From Schizochytrium sp. TIO01 (lineage: Eukaryota > Protista > Bigyra: Labyrinthulomycetes): DNA of 64,000 bases. This document shows, one piece after another, positions 15,001-23,068 of the stretch. Both the position numbers and the translations under genes were made by a program. The notes below the pieces were generated by a model. The model was not told the origin of the DNA, searched no databases, and worked only from the letters and a program-made list of their open reading frames with translations. How positions within the stretch are numbered: the stretch's first letter is position 1; each line of letters begins with the position of its first letter. Where the stretch lies: positions 1,565,859 to 1,629,858 of the forward strand of contig SMSO01000006.1 of the NCBI GenBank assembly GCA_004764695.1. The letters are read 5' to 3'.

Positions 15001-16846
15001 GATCATACTGATTATAACCATATTGAATTGCTTCTTCAAGTGCAACAGCAAAACCTTGACTGCTTGATGACACATCAACTAGACGTGAGTTGCCATCACA
15101 GCAAAATAATAGTATCATTGACGAACGAGCTTGGCCCTTGACAAGGCCACATCCATGAATCTCATTGTCTCCAAGCACTGCAACGGAGTGTGAACCAGCA
15201 GCTGAAATAGAAGTGATAAGTTGACTGCTTGAAAAATCCATGCGGTGGGGCACTGCACTCGTAGAACGATGACCCAGGCCAAGTTGACCAAATTGATTGC
15301 GTCCACAAGAATAAAGAGAAACACCGTCTTGCATAAGGAACAAGCTATGGTGATCGCCAGCCGCTGCTTGACGAACTGGCTGCCCTAGATCAACTTGTAA
15401 AGGTTTGTCAAGAGCACTCATGGATGCCCGACCGCACTGACCATACGTGTTGTCGCCCATAGCATATGCAAGCCCATCCTGACAAATAAAGAGCACATGA
15501 GATTTGCTACCAATTAACTGAGTTACTCTTGCACCAAGTGACCGAAAGACAATGCTCTCGCGCACAAGAGCAGGTGGAAGGTCGGCCTGGGCAAAATATA
15601 CACCGCGCTCATCGACGCCAAGATCTCGACGCATGGCTTCAGACTCCACAAGCCACATTGATGAGGTGTCAGGCTGGAGCTCAATATCATCAGCTTCTTC
15701 TTCAAGATCGTCAGACTCATCATCAGCTCCAAGCTCGCCTCCTCGTGACTCTCCGTCATCTGTAGATGCATCTGTTGGCTCGTTCCGGATACCTTGCCAG
15801 CGAAAAGAAATAGCCTTACGTTTGAGTTTGTATTCACCATCGTCTAAGAAGGAACGTTCATCGAAAGCGGCCTTCATGGTAGTTTTATCCAGCAGGCTGA
15901 GGAGGAGTGTCCTAAAGTCTGACGTGAGCTGCTCGTTGTCAACTAAACGGTGGGCAGTTTGTAAAAGATGGTAGACGGACCCTCTGCCAATTGCTAGCAT
16001 GCAGAGGGCTTCCAGGGCTTCTGTTTGGGAATTATCTTCGTCATATGTCTCCAGGAGAAAGTCCATGGTTTCATCCAGAGAGCTACTACGTAAAGAGCCA
16101 ATATTAAGACGAGGGAGGTCAATCGCAAGCATTTCCCGCAGCTCACGCACTACGGGAGCGGCCACTTCCTTCCCAAGTGCTTGCAAGGCTACAAGTGCTG
16201 AGGTGCACAATGAGCTGATAATTTTAAGAGAGAGATCCTCAGTTCCAAAGCCGAACTCACTCGTCGATCTATTGACAAGGGTTCGTGCCACAACGGGGAT
16301 TGTTGAATCTGCGCCAAGAGGAGGTGTTGGCTGAATCTTTTGAAGTGGCATTGGGAGAGTATCAGAAGACGAGAAAAACGCGTCCTGGCCAGGTCGAGAT
16401 TTGCGCTCTAGGAGAACAGTCCGGACATGTTCAAGAACAATAAGGCGGCGACGAAAGAGAAGTTGAACGTAAAGATAAGGGATAACAGCTTCTTCTCTTC
16501 CGGAGAGCCGCGCCATAGATTCAGAGAATAGTGCCTCTTGTTCCGCTCGTAGATGTGCGTTCACGGGGTCGTCTACTTCCCCATCTTTCCCTGTTGCAAC
16601 AGCTTCCTCGCCATCAGCAATCTCACCTTCAGCAACCATAGTTCCATCATTGACCTCCCGTGCAGCAAGTGCAAGCTCACTCCCAGGCACATGAAAGCGC
16701 CCAAAGTCCACATCTACCAGCGCTAAGGCATCTTCATTAAGAAGCGCCTGTTCCGGGCTGTCAAGACTCCGAATGAATTCTAGCAAGGGTTCTCTGAGGC
16801 CATGCTCTTCAATATAGGCATCTGCGACTGACGATGCAACACCCAT
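89..16846 (-). CDS. Giant HERC-like HECT E3 ubiquitin ligase (~5,585 aa): RCC1-like repeats, SPRY, second RCC1 domain, RanBP2-type Zn finger, LamG/ConA-like, UBA-like, SH3, Vps62-like, PDZ, SPRY, UBA, HECT
   Basis: Single 16.8-kb ORF. C-terminal HECT motifs GERADDYGGPYRD, FLRFVWG-like YLRFVWGRSRLP, and LPTAHTCFFSLDLP (catalytic Cys). RCC1 repeats (GxNxxGQLG) at ~15050-15520 and ~10365-11705. SPRY domains at ~12050-12525 and ~2810-3290. WICKVCSYRN..CSMC at ~8800-8862. SH3 (ARVLYDFE..DLSIKKGD..GW..GLIPLNYV) at ~6360-6520. Vps62-like (IWRP..GDVA..LWQPVAPEGYVALGC) at ~5420-5820. PDZ at ~3870-4085. The ORF-track start at 16912 is a TTG; the first ATG is at 16846 (MGVASS). Confidence 0.92.
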   Translation of the reverse strand: MGVASSVADAYIEEHGLREPLLEFIRSLDSPEQALLNEDALALVDVDFGRFHVPGSELALAAREVNDGTMVAEGEIADGEEAVATGKDGEVDDPVNAHLRAEQEALFSESMARLSGREEAVIPYLYVQLLFRRRLIVLEHVRTVLLERKSRPGQDAFFSSSDTLPMPLQKIQPTPPLGADSTIPVVARTLVNRSTSEFGFGTEDLSLKIISSLCTSALVALQALGKEVAAPVVRELREMLAIDLPRLNIGSLRSSSLDETMDFLLETYDEDNSQTEALEALCMLAIGRGSVYHLLQTAHRLVDNEQLTSDFRTLLLSLLDKTTMKAAFDERSFLDDGEYKLKRKAISFRWQGIRNEPTDASTDDGESRGGELGADDESDDLEEEADDIELQPDTSSMWLVESEAMRRDLGVDERGVYFAQADLPPALVRESIVFRSLGARVTQLIGSKSHVLFICQDGLAYAMGDNTYGQCGRASMSALDKPLQVDLGQPVRQAAAGDHHSLFLMQDGVSLYSCGRNQFGQLGLGHRSTSAVPHRMDFSSSQLITSISAAGSHSVAVLGDNEIHGCGLVKGQARSSMILLFCCDGNSRLVDVSSSSQGFAVALEEAIQYGYNQYDPKRRRMQPAGGINPPRIGVKRRRSQYRVFTCLVERSDHSRASSSASPTPSLTSSLSGSALDAAVSDTGVTKTESSGAGNANTVLTDDLQVTNVDMGSSSGNTATTTATGSIATATAASQEAGHLKSATVFHAHSSLQLLAVGDRVLVLVDDADTSTAIDATPSSPRSKLQNEADLLRQYPYGMEPGAAIILWSLQRFPLGGSTTKFEIARILLALLERLEGHPTLMISALRVLQRHCFVTSSLADDEQVTMRDMKQLLFTLARGPDSDVKEEAIRAIGNGFAFLSPSATELATFMSTITNMTYLSKFATFRFWSELLAQDQQGTAMILIERLVDLACQKNSRAEVLNLLLAMQRSLLLCGTVEIEVINRYTTALCKASVKIINDACAAHDDPKAREEALADSILKSLTWPCMTILHYPSIELKTSVPYLVDLLQAVDRVCTPQDFHVRTWLADLAWAILLLILEKECRGAGNRPPSSSGEPGDAVDSANGGSSAADLTNGPSLTPNEIAAADGSGVIGMSTETDPADEDASATKEINMSIFNSGFVQTEELESRRVQFQAIVSDSEHEIMGKVSKMNKMKFRNKPGAEKVWEALRAVYAAISIFDEENAKTDAMQTAMKVLRWMNQTKQALPEIDYSILGSHVVERVLFLMQMKLVSDHSLFQFAQQFDTQQLVQYYEVLEQQKASFEQMALGLQVLCRLLGSLRSSVDLRRHVIFAFVDFTRRAKMTNVTRTLVGEAVNAMLRTRNMIEDRNPVLTTAILDACVATGELGHLEMVQWLLDCVSLESAADIVKGLQPLGEPMLGRDAQSLLQLPFPEGLPQSLGIQWSREHKHPGLRLSKNGLCFHLPMEVTANSCQTAATIRLSHSLFAGRYYFELACTPGQTCPESALLYAIGLVTLDYCEWDGFSSILCATLAHNQRVGLFVDMDASVCMVFRHEDHFYNYDTSELILERDSMISKAKIRSKIRPLCPAVSVLSPGATLLLKQVVIESSEVHISVDSEAKLPMLVRATLSGPSNSVGEASEATVTRIEDMPRVELLHRRSNSQLQGSTAQTAQSNEEDSGPTNSNPEQNNDDDDAQDKPRLTFTGPLNPLLSEETELLVCGQNSYGELGVGDTKPHKDIRTSEVIKHLFPVQVVAGNEVTGVLTAQGEVFVWGYNKNGACSKPSTTSATPQYGIPSPELTGSTWSGRGSTRSVSGSVSSLATAVSAIAANSNNEHAPPTPPPSSVSANALMRHHESPRVNVPRRIAIPAFVTRICCNNGSEHMLAITSSGHLYGWGFNQYGQLGLGHKYEKIYVPSRVEGALRDKQVTLAATSYSHSLALTSDGTLYAFGLNTRGQLGIGSTADMWTLPQRLNHLADVGRASSMACGVEHSAVVMENGSLYTFGRNDYGQLGIDDPNRQLSALPVRVEDGLSKLRSLHCEAVACGYYFTVVIADGTLHAFGINDFGQLGLGHNYEVYAPVPVLWDSGDDRFVAVTCGTGHSLAATTYGRIIAWGRNKDGGLGNGSTVDLPFPVEICNRGEFSLSLRDQRPLHLAAGFHHTCILVGPRQKSTGVSSATAESALADFGPTAMRLSTGLTPQLDTLWYVRASRASALTLRHMLRLDDLIPDDAVDHVLDWLLRLLRTTYHAIVVGKRFRRSSVSHLTKTSDEERRDEAITGWIRKLRATNIPSRSLYINFVLQLLLDVVKRRPFAREIITRKRRWAVDTLFDVAFSVGSPVRSGLAFEILSFLLPCVPIQYVSPSFSLRQLLLFIGQSQDMAISAQLVALLRNLMQCKQNGWNMCINRALLHSLAAQIPRLPEDVDDLSIFEDNKERVWAMMGALQVLGASEEVLYNGAPVSVMASEVDGQTGYLDWYRPMGGSPEIARVSFFQGNTRSSAIIQKHSELMPRPAVEVPVESILRPERIMALLVALVQQHVNLSSSSPSVESARAACLHEVAKARASQVVDLLLRDNPKMVQLFVSNGHLQAVTSLLAAPRGRFDDVPLRVVQRRFLHLELHRRKLDIGEAPPVPSSPHNGLDLSLEFDSTVDDEARTFGPSGSSAPSWICKVCSYRNVEGNRTCSMCFARVPNHPSVATNFTAANDSPKSPDDGDLLPEDNDIIAATHEVPSTPLMLTRNMSTASIRGTEAVLNAEADKLACNWSFEGGIVPEKKRGRVRMVREPVKNTPEEPDDGNDHALESDTDDSEEGDFLRVPNLCYLQFEHTFGGNGSEGVVYLNQYSIILDVRVPQKSMDSSTFVALLQTNLNNDSLADWYIKSDGSVGCIEYSRPNMVKPDTWNRLVMTADLTQGEICFYVNGSREVLLQHQGPSQQILILEDDRWAVDSSFCMFRDMNQKKDAPAADIARLQLRSYVMSPSEVACLGGYTEDAGIPMPDPYKLAARLSTDLKLPKAWCVRALEATEYQLPRARNWLRANEQALIARTVAEARMLTALGYSRKMCAHAICTTSSLSDAIHWLLENEDVSEEDLSSTRIINECCKDDADNLASTDILAINLAEDDQDAHNRTYEIYARTSASAEASSGVGSSSAETAQIADQRSPADQPLGQDPRKGRNTNRLSMPPLGCGLRQVNAEIWETARQIFVSYARQATVSILENSLMVQSELSSTLATTVPAAAAAVTTAHNFQQGPSNLFEDMQEKLLAMDGSGRNFLRNYIRAFPDSIRKDIRSGTISQEIDHGDPIQVLRRKLLLVFAEEVSRASHPATLPSDVDWADALEAWLHSGQGLYRDGPHHVSTLKELKSGLRVWWVEDEGDGQLIHEGTVQEVVLSNEHDIAASSSLLMDDKKNTDSAAGKVVNQTNGTDASSQVSETQPGDSRAGARQDEFQQLARVLYDFEPQRPGDLSIKKGDMVVVLGATKSGWGRAKELKTGSVGLIPLNYVDAIGGQDAEAIARQQEQERAKESALQKLQQQQEQAKAKAPANEKAQNIGAVEETPFYQAIVLEEEVAGVPERKRRFHKASDLLIAPPPTSANDKRIVKALRLRAEEELWRASVLRSLAEDVLHELVLLARGPWQFLPGGLQAGPSVQFQEAWNDKKTRVEEQTDPLTKRKKEVTVERGPSVRIWRPFADAGFYILGDVATAGTTSQESDQPAPVTVVSDDDGMGGKTTTTNGLPLLVAPARFRLIWQNLDTGDDEPVSLWQPVAPEGYVALGCIAVKGHSRREPDPKREGLHQLRCVHRSCVQLSTLQHGLWSYRPEKNKQGTDPVKTVVDSGRAGDSGDTDDSGRRGGSVRTYRAPGATSNSSSASTGGGNIGLAGGLIQVGSARRATAMNQEAQANASRRGSSTNSNNNNSRRSIGVSIWEIDNSSRTFVPVLAKEDQGLFLRHMGSMQTAGSTDSLASEGSTIAANRERNREKSKLMSLSRVDAGTIESRMCIESKKKSSEEETKTHMLHGLEFTTKFSVANMSTAAMHLGGSPPAQKPPQNIKMEEELRPYHLGLASTTNSNHGSSELLLWILQLLSEFDSNEKNGMGPWAGRVFSPQLVHALLRFSRTASPSVRIKAIRMLAMVIRRTPADSLRGKLGHELLELRVQMESLYKRQAQKPKDGLMDEMPLFSSLLCALAEVFVSVSLTQRKLEQGAMVPTATGATKSGANDTGRKSHQIENGNNLAASVEKSGGEDGSSASATLPSPSAKTKPKYFTVEFDGPLGIEILSNKDILLVHHVKENGAAAESGVEPGDIFWELKGRRISDYDRHEMWSTIKVTRPLRVTFLRDCSVKSAAARDANGDSAGVKEGVGKALASPSAVQKKPEEIDDPLTSKENWFQQLSELAAIMDALVDRDRMRMPSEFLMAEDTFLKLVMSSNTAIVESAHPYSSKRIKGEVTLPGAEALVVRFDRRCSTSFGKTLVLTCDAHLHNKQIRNNLHVEALQGCFGGTSVHVPASTMHYEFPVPQSMDWSFFKTPDYKAPEIRVTNNGRTATLRKDKMWQTIFTTTGFSSGVNSWEVRVDRTGPSANIFFGVAMRSAKVSNYLGSDDKGWGWIGCMACWHGGRKIRHRFGKRLKAGDVVRVTLDIPRRCMSLAVNGEDWGVAFNRLPLPSTILQPGNELVPTFSFYNKDDQISLLSGGNPMDHETATILHQLRSSFEQQHATARIASRQNNSSHGDSSSSSSSRRSSRRSGRSRTGASSSSGANASANAAGSGVASGISSLTSRRPSMVRRSSRRRRWSDADQANSGAATGNTSTNESDADRLRGHESSEDQSGNDGATSGVSQVEENAVILSALGYPVEWCVQALAATNHDMNRAAEYLITHSDRMAEESKQDAERRAAEAEEQVLAEEEGWLNHVNQLLDMDQVGDNGDFGDDDDGASATAAAAVAALQTAASNRIIQREYTISSAGVSDDDAQVSNLIQSNSPGSQDGLSQISARRAYADRKRGTSKEWGYRMTISPLYSRETTKRIALEPRNAARLELFHQMFAPLTLDHDCELVRLVNAVCSKRGEDPLTLSPNDLEPTDEELMRYKLLENIPLLTLQLRFLLLRNFNRRLAHVLPLVDLSCATHESALAAALRNVRGVVMSSVKKALFERVLTDSHSGDDHWMQQNKVPTVTLDRNKAAQFLKSGRVDLKGTRTVFGQLFSQLHGNGSEEKSERNPLLAPTPAVQDASLLRNSHRAWYTILAGERADDYGGPYRDVFNQACQELLTPALPLFVPCPNQVANEGDCRGKWLPVASATSHIALRMFEFVGKLMGIAMRTKNPFVLDMPSFVWKQLCSDNVTLDDVFSFDLGFFKLVKAVREAKDEEEMGRLDLKFTMKGSDGRIVELLPGGNATPVTMKRRDDFLRALARARIHELDRPCAAIARGLATQVPRNLLSIFTSQELELMVCGPPEVDIDILKANTIYGDGVSETTPSVQLFWQVLHDFSQEDRQRYLRFVWGRSRLPSSSQDWDRKHKISKLSVRNSLSADKMLPTAHTCFFSLDLPMYTSKETCAEKLLYAVTHCIAIDMDETTVARNAADIQSTTNNRLDDDDDDEDM

Positions 16847-18424
16847 TGCGACCAAAGAATACAAAGCTTTCCTGGACACGCCAGTGGAAGATATAAATTC
16901 ACGAAATGTCAAGGTTTGATCTAGATTTCAGAATTCAAGCACTTGCTAGTTGCGTGAATTCAGAAAAAAGCTATTTGTGAATTCTGACGACGAATTGGTG
17001 CCACAGGGCAAGAACTTCACAGAAACAGCTGTTCGTCCAATCCTGGATCGGGGCCCAAGATCAGACACAGAGTAAACGAACGAACTTGCTTGAGCGGTGA
17101 AATGGGTAAGATACTGTATTTTTCCACCTATGTGCAGGCAGTTTGTGCCTCTGAATAAAAACCGGCCGGGCAGCTCTCGATTAGGCCGTCCTTGAGCGTA
17201 AAACCCTCCACCGAGGCAACCCTCCCCACGAGTGAGGCGCCTCGAGCACCAATGTATTGTTTCCAATTGCAGTTTTCGAGTTCCAAACCAATTTGAACGC
17301 CGACGTCTAAACCAGTTGAGTTACTTGAGTGATCGATATATTTAGTTAGTACGACGAGTCGCTGCAAACGTCGCGACGCCTTCCTGGCGGCAAGCTCGTG
17401 TCGAGAACCGGCCGCGTCAAGAAGGACCCGAGCGACCGAGCGACCGACCTGCGACTGCGCTCTGCCGCCTCCTCCGTCGCGCACGGCGGTCGGCTTGAGA
17501 GTCTGCTGGGCTGGCACCGCCGCTCTATCAAACAATAACAAGGAAACAAGGAGCTCGCTTTCCTTTCTCTCTTTCTCTCTTTCTCTTTTCTCTTTTCTCT
17601 TCTTTAGATAGATAGAGAGATAGATAGATTGCTACATGGATATACATACAGAGAGGGAGATACCTAGATACCCTACTAGAGACAGGTAGATATTCCTAGT
17701 TCTATCTCGTCCCCTCTTTTCCTCTATCTTTAGCCACCCAGCTAAGCACTACTAGGGCAGCATATAAATGCAATGTATCTGGCACGGCCCTAAGCCACTA
17801 CTACTGTGCCCTCTTATCCGTAGCTACGAAGCCTCATAGAATAGATAATGGCCATTGCCTGGCTTATTATTGGAGGTACGTATAAGTCACTTGCGGAGAG
17901 AATAGTGCATAGTAGAAGTAAATGTTCTCTACTTTGTGAGAAGATAAGTCAGTGTAGGTTGGGGAAGAATCGCGACCCTCAAGGTAAGTACTTTCTTGTT
18001 GTAAGCGTTAGGTGCATTGTGGTTCTATGTAGGACTTGAGCGGAAATGACGCAATGATTGTGGTCGTGTGGGTGGGACTTGAACATGCAGATTAGAGGGG
18101 ACCCGAATCTGCGCTGAGAACGAGCTTGCATGCCACTGATTGAAATTGGACGGATGAAATGAAATTGCACTTCATATTAAATCCACACAAATATTAAGTA
18201 GACTGTTTGGAGCGTATACGTTGTAGCTTTCGTTTTGTGATTTGCCGCATGTTCGTGTAGGGAAAATACTCTCCTCGCAACCATTTCCTGATGCCTCTTC
18301 CTAAAATGGAATTGAGAACAAGAGAGCAACCTGAGGTCACAAGACTTATACATAGATGTATAAAAGATTGATTTTTGGTTTTGATAACGTAGGTAGTATA
18401 TTATGCAAGGTCTGAAGATGCACA

Positions 18425-19912
18425 CTAACAAAAGGAGTCTTCTAACTTATACTTGCACATGCTGCAAATAGCGACTAGCTGCTTTTTGTCTTCAGCAGCA
18501 AGAATAGCATCACAATCAAGCGAAACGTCCGGACATGAGCAGTTGAGGCATCCAAATATAAGATGATGGTGCAAGTTAGAAAACGCAGGTCTAGGTGGTG
18601 CCATAGGAGGAACTGAGCGTGCAAGAAGCTGGAGAGCGGAGCCTTCTGTAGTTTTCATAACAGCAGCTTGGTACTCTGACTCCTGGAGATCAGGGTGGTA
18701 GAACCGAATAAGCAGCACAACCCGCTCCTCTTTGCAGTTGTTGACAACTTCGTGCTCAAATGAGTCATCAAAGAAAAGAATTTTGCCATATTCCCATGAC
18801 CTCCACTCATTGCCTACACGAATTGCGCAACCGTCGCTTTTGACTGTCATGTTCGGTAGATCAACATCGGTTTCGCTCTTAGGGATAATGAGGCCTAAAT
18901 GTGCTGTGAGCCTGGAATTTGTAGAAGCACAGTGCGGAATAATATGTGAATTTGGAGCAAGGCGGCTGAAAATGATTTCTCCGGCACCTTCTCGAGCAAG
19001 CTCAACGGCTGTTGGAAGCAATTTCTCAAGAAGTGCACATGTTTTAGGAGCGCCCTCGGGTTTTGAGTTTGAACCAAAGAGGACCCATTCTTTCCAGCTA
19101 CCACATCTTAGAGCAGATCCATCTTCGTTACTTAGACTACGTTCAGAGTCACCTACATGTGGCCAGCTTCCGTTAGCCATGAGAGCAGTCAGTTCACCTA
19201 GAATAGTTGCAGAGGCGGCTTCTAATTGCGGAGCCCAAGAGGCAAATTCATCTTCAGGCCAAAACGCCTTGGCGCGGAGATTACCATAACAAGATGAAGG
19301 CCGCTGCCAAGGTGTAGTCCAGCCGAGCTCTGGGACCTGGGCCTTGATAGCGTGCTCGACAAGTTTTCGGGCCTCCGCGTACTCTTGCTTTTGCTCAAGA
19401 TTAAGCATAAGTTCAATATATGCCTGGCGAGCATCTTTGGGAGAAGCCTCAATAGCAATCCTCAGAAAGGACTCAGACATTTCGACATATTTTTTTCTTT
19501 GCAAGTCTTCATCAAAACCTGACGAAGCGTGTGCAAGGTCAGAGTACACGCATCCCAAAAAGACGGCTCGGCGTGCGACCCAGGCGCCCTTCTCATTTAG
19601 CTTTAAGCTACCATTTAAAGCAGCTGTCATGCATTCAATCGCAATGTCTGTACGCTGAGACTCTCTGAAAATGAAGGTACCTGTGTAATACATGCACACA
19701 GCCTCCTTCCATTTTTTCAGCCATAGCTTGCGTTTCTCAGCGTTTTCCATACAGCTCTGCTTGTGCTCCGCATACGCTTTGCGCTGGCACTCTTTAGAGC
19801 AATACTTTTGCGAGCCGCATCGTGAGCATGTGGAAAGTTTGATGTTTCCTTCCTTTCCACACCCAGCACAGACACTCGGCACGGAGCTTGCTGGTAGCAA
19901 AGCAATGCTCAT
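18425..19912 (-). CDS. MYND zinc finger + helical/TPR-like + aspartyl/asparaginyl beta-hydroxylase (2OG-Fe(II)) domain protein with C-terminal CxxC..CxxC
   Basis: N-terminal CAGC..CSRC..YCSKECQRKAYAEHKQSC (MYND). AspH-family motifs FSRLAPNSHIIPHCASTNSRLTAHLGL and FDDSFEHEV..RVVLLIRFYHPDL. Tail CLNC..CSMC. Confidence 0.88.
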   Translation of the reverse strand: MSIALLPASSVPSVCAGCGKEGNIKLSTCSRCGSQKYCSKECQRKAYAEHKQSCMENAEKRKLWLKKWKEAVCMYYTGTFIFRESQRTDIAIECMTAALNGSLKLNEKGAWVARRAVFLGCVYSDLAHASSGFDEDLQRKKYVEMSESFLRIAIEASPKDARQAYIELMLNLEQKQEYAEARKLVEHAIKAQVPELGWTTPWQRPSSCYGNLRAKAFWPEDEFASWAPQLEAASATILGELTALMANGSWPHVGDSERSLSNEDGSALRCGSWKEWVLFGSNSKPEGAPKTCALLEKLLPTAVELAREGAGEIIFSRLAPNSHIIPHCASTNSRLTAHLGLIIPKSETDVDLPNMTVKSDGCAIRVGNEWRSWEYGKILFFDDSFEHEVVNNCKEERVVLLIRFYHPDLQESEYQAAVMKTTEGSALQLLARSVPPMAPPRPAFSNLHHHLIFGCLNCSCPDVSLDCDAILAAEDKKQLVAICSMCKYKLEDSFC

Positions 19913-19980
19913 GGCCTATAATCTACTTGGTAGCGAAATCGTGCAAACTTGTGTCCCGGATGAACTCAACTTTAGTTGTT

Positions 19981-20004
19981 GAGCTTGAGCTTGAGCTTGA
20001 GCTT
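19981..20004. repeat. (GAGCTT)4 hexamer microsatellite
   Basis: Four exact copies just upstream of the MYND-AspH gene start. Confidence 0.8.
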
Positions 20005-21352
20005 GCTGGGATGCTGCGCGGAGACCACACAGCAGGCGATCACCTTTCCCAGTCCGGGAGGCTTTGATACGCAGGCTCGCCAACCTTTGTATAATTGTTG
20101 AAGAGTCTCGACTTTGAGATATGCAAATAAAAATTGCAGATCATGGTTACGTAAGTAGTTAATAGTAGTACTAGTTATATATTGTTTCGTACAGTGTTAT
20201 CAGAGACATCTGCTGCCCTGAATACTTGTCAGGAGTGTTGTTCAACATTTTAGGAGTGGTTTATAGCACAGATGCTACTAAACTCAACGTCGTTGCAAAG
20301 AGTCTAAATGTTTCCATCAATTTCTTCACTTATAGCACCAGTTTTCTGCGTAAATTTGGGAAGAAATCAATCGGATGATTGACGAAAGCAGGGTTCCTTT
20401 ATTTGTCACACAGTGGAAAAGAGTTCGTGAAACTCTCATGCATTAATCTGCTAGAAGATGGCAATCGTCCATTCATACTTTGTGCCGCTGATCTTGGGCA
20501 ATAATTTGATTAAATTTGGCAGCAATTTGTATGAATGGTTGCATGCAAATTAAGAAATCAAGACACAAGTCTACTCGAAGGTGGATGGAGACCTTGGAGA
20601 GCACATCGAGCTGATGATAGTTAAGTAAAGCTTTGTCTTATCTGCTTATACTCCAGTGGTAAAAGAATTTTAAATCCAACTCCGAAAAACTTGCAAGCTA
20701 TCACCTCTACTACGCAGCAAAGAAGGCCTTGAGAGAGAGCCAAATGACCTTTTCGTCAATTGCTCGTCTTTCCTTTGCGCATTTCTCAAGGTGTATATTT
20801 GCAGGTTCATTGAATAAGTTAGACCTCGACGAGTGACGAGCGTGAGGAATCTTCAACATAGAACCTATGTATGCACGGCAGAATTTCGAATGGGTTGAGC
20901 GCTTTCAAAAAGTTGTCCGCAGAATGACGGAGGCCAAAAACACTTGATACACATGAGCTTGAACCACCTTCTTGAGAACGCGGGCCATGGCCTGGTGCAT
21001 CGCTACTTTCTGCGCATCTCTGAACGACGCCGATTAAGCTTGCTGCATCTCTCATGGTCTTCTTCACTCGCGAATGTTCATCGCTCCTTTGACAGGATGC
21101 AAAGTTTCCAGCTCCAAAATTTTTCCACTCTTTATCTTCTACGACCAGACCCCATCGCAACTGCACCCTTTTGTATTTAAGGTTTGCTTTCCACTTTACA
21201 GGAGAAGGTTTGGCGAGATCTTTTACGTGTTCCGATTCTCCGGATTCTGTTCTTTGATAGTTCTAAAACGTTTCCAATCTTTCAAAAGAACAGAGTGAAA
21301 GCAGAACCGGTATCATTCGTTCTTGAAAAGAAAAATATTTATCATGTTATAA

Positions 21353-21904
21353 TCAGCAAATCGTGCAGGAAAAGCTGGGAGTTTCGTCTTGTTGCACCTC
21401 GACAACTTCGATTTCCTGGATCACGTTAGTTCGAATTTTCTTTCGCTGCCTTGGGCCTGCCAAGGGATTTTTGGTGACGACCAGCCTCGCGTTCTGCTTC
21501 AGTGGCATCAGAGATGACTTGGAATTCGAATAATTGCTCGCTTCCTCCATGTTACATTTCTGACACGTCGGAAGGATAAAGCATATTCTGTTGGAATTAG
21601 CCCTGTGGATGTAAACGTGGGCCCCAACCTTGGCATCATTGCTACATCCGTAAATTTGACAGGTTTTCGGGAAAGGACTTCTAGTATGTTTCATCCAAAA
21701 GCTCTTCCAGTTTTGACGATCGCAACTCGAGCCCCGCACATGGCTCACTTCACCAAGATAAAAGCTTGCCTTGATGACCGTTCCAATCTCTAATCCAGCA
21801 AAATTAAACAGACCTGGTGAACAAAACTCATAGCTGCGATCTCCAGGTCTCCGGCACTCCATAAGCACGAGAGTCTCCTCTTCAGTCTCGAATGCTCGTT
21901 TCAT
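21353..21904 (-). CDS. Hypothetical protein with Cys/His-rich HNH-like (His-Me finger-like) motif
   Basis: ATG at 21904 (MKRAFE). Motif GSS..WKSFW...CQIYGCSNDAKVGAHV...FILPTCQKCN fits a C..C..H..CxxCN pattern. Confidence 0.55.
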   Translation of the reverse strand: MKRAFETEEETLVLMECRRPGDRSYEFCSPGLFNFAGLEIGTVIKASFYLGEVSHVRGSSCDRQNWKSFWMKHTRSPFPKTCQIYGCSNDAKVGAHVYIHRANSNRICFILPTCQKCNMEEASNYSNSKSSLMPLKQNARLVVTKNPLAGPRQRKKIRTNVIQEIEVVEVQQDETPSFSCTIC

Positions 21905-23068
21905 CTTTCTCAAGCCGGGCGTCCACACTTGCCACAGACTCCGCTGCTTTCGCACTTTTGCAAAAGGTGTGCAACCAGCCCGGTCCCAAGCAGAACGATC
22001 GACGAGATGTCCGGACGTGAGCGCGTGAGTGCGTGCGCGCGTGGGTACGTGCGTGAGTAAATACCTGCGTCAATGCGTGCTTCTGTACGTGTCTGTCTCC
22101 CTTTGTAGTTTCTGGTTTGTTTGCCGGTCTGCCTGACTTTCTAATAGCCAGACTGACTAATCCTTGGGCCCGTCTCTCGCTCCCAGTTTATAAAAGCGAA
22201 GGAAACAAGTGTTATTACTATGCTAGTAATTACTCAATCTTGGCTAGTAGCTGCTTTCAAAATTAACATTTTGCAAGTAACTAGAACTAATTAGGGTATC
22301 TTGTAAGAATAAATCGTCCGTGTGTTCAAGTTCTGAGTATATCCTTATTCTTCAGTTTGGAGCTAGAGGTGCTGGCTTCCATCTTAATTAAAGAGATCAT
22401 AAGCATTTGGTGTAAGATAGATAGTTCTAGAATATAACTAAAGGAGTGAGTATCTTACAAAAATGTACGGTCCGAGAGCTAAGTACTGAGTATTTCCTTT
22501 CGTTTTTGAGCTTCCTATATTGTTAAGGACACCCACTACTGCCTCAGATTTATAACTATCGTGCACCCCGATTTGTAGACGGTGTGATGACTCTGGGTAG
22601 CTCTTCCCCCTCTGACTATTAGTTACGAGGTTGTATGGTTCTTCAGAAATGAGATAGATGTATTAGAGACATTTGGCGCCCCGGTCGCTCTCCGCGAGTG
22701 CTGTTGGGAAGCTTGAGAAAATTTGCATTGCTTGTGGATACCTTCATAAATGTAACGTCCGGATGAATAAGCCCCAGCAGACCATATCAAAAAACTAATA
22801 TTATAGGCGGAAATGGTGATGGCGACAACTACGATCTCCGGGAAATTTCATGACAAATACGGTACCTTTAGTTGATATGTCTACGCCAAGGCCCATTGAA
22901 TATAGTAATATCCTGTTGATTTATTCCTTTATTATGAAATTTTAATAAGTAGCTGCAAGGCTGCAATAATCCACCCAGACTTTCTGCAACTAATCTTGGA
23001 TGACGAATAGAAAGAACTAGCATCTGAGGGCAAGCCTTTGCATAGATCATCACATATCAATTTGCAGC

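Noticed and set aside
16946-17541. Minus-strand ORFs upstream of the HECT gene as coding exons
   Set aside because: They begin at non-ATG codons and show no motif. They are more simply explained as 5'UTR, intron or promoter.
20150-21300. Possible degraded CDS between MYND-AspH copy 1 and the HNH-like gene
   Set aside because: Only short broken frames are present, with no recognisable homology by eye.
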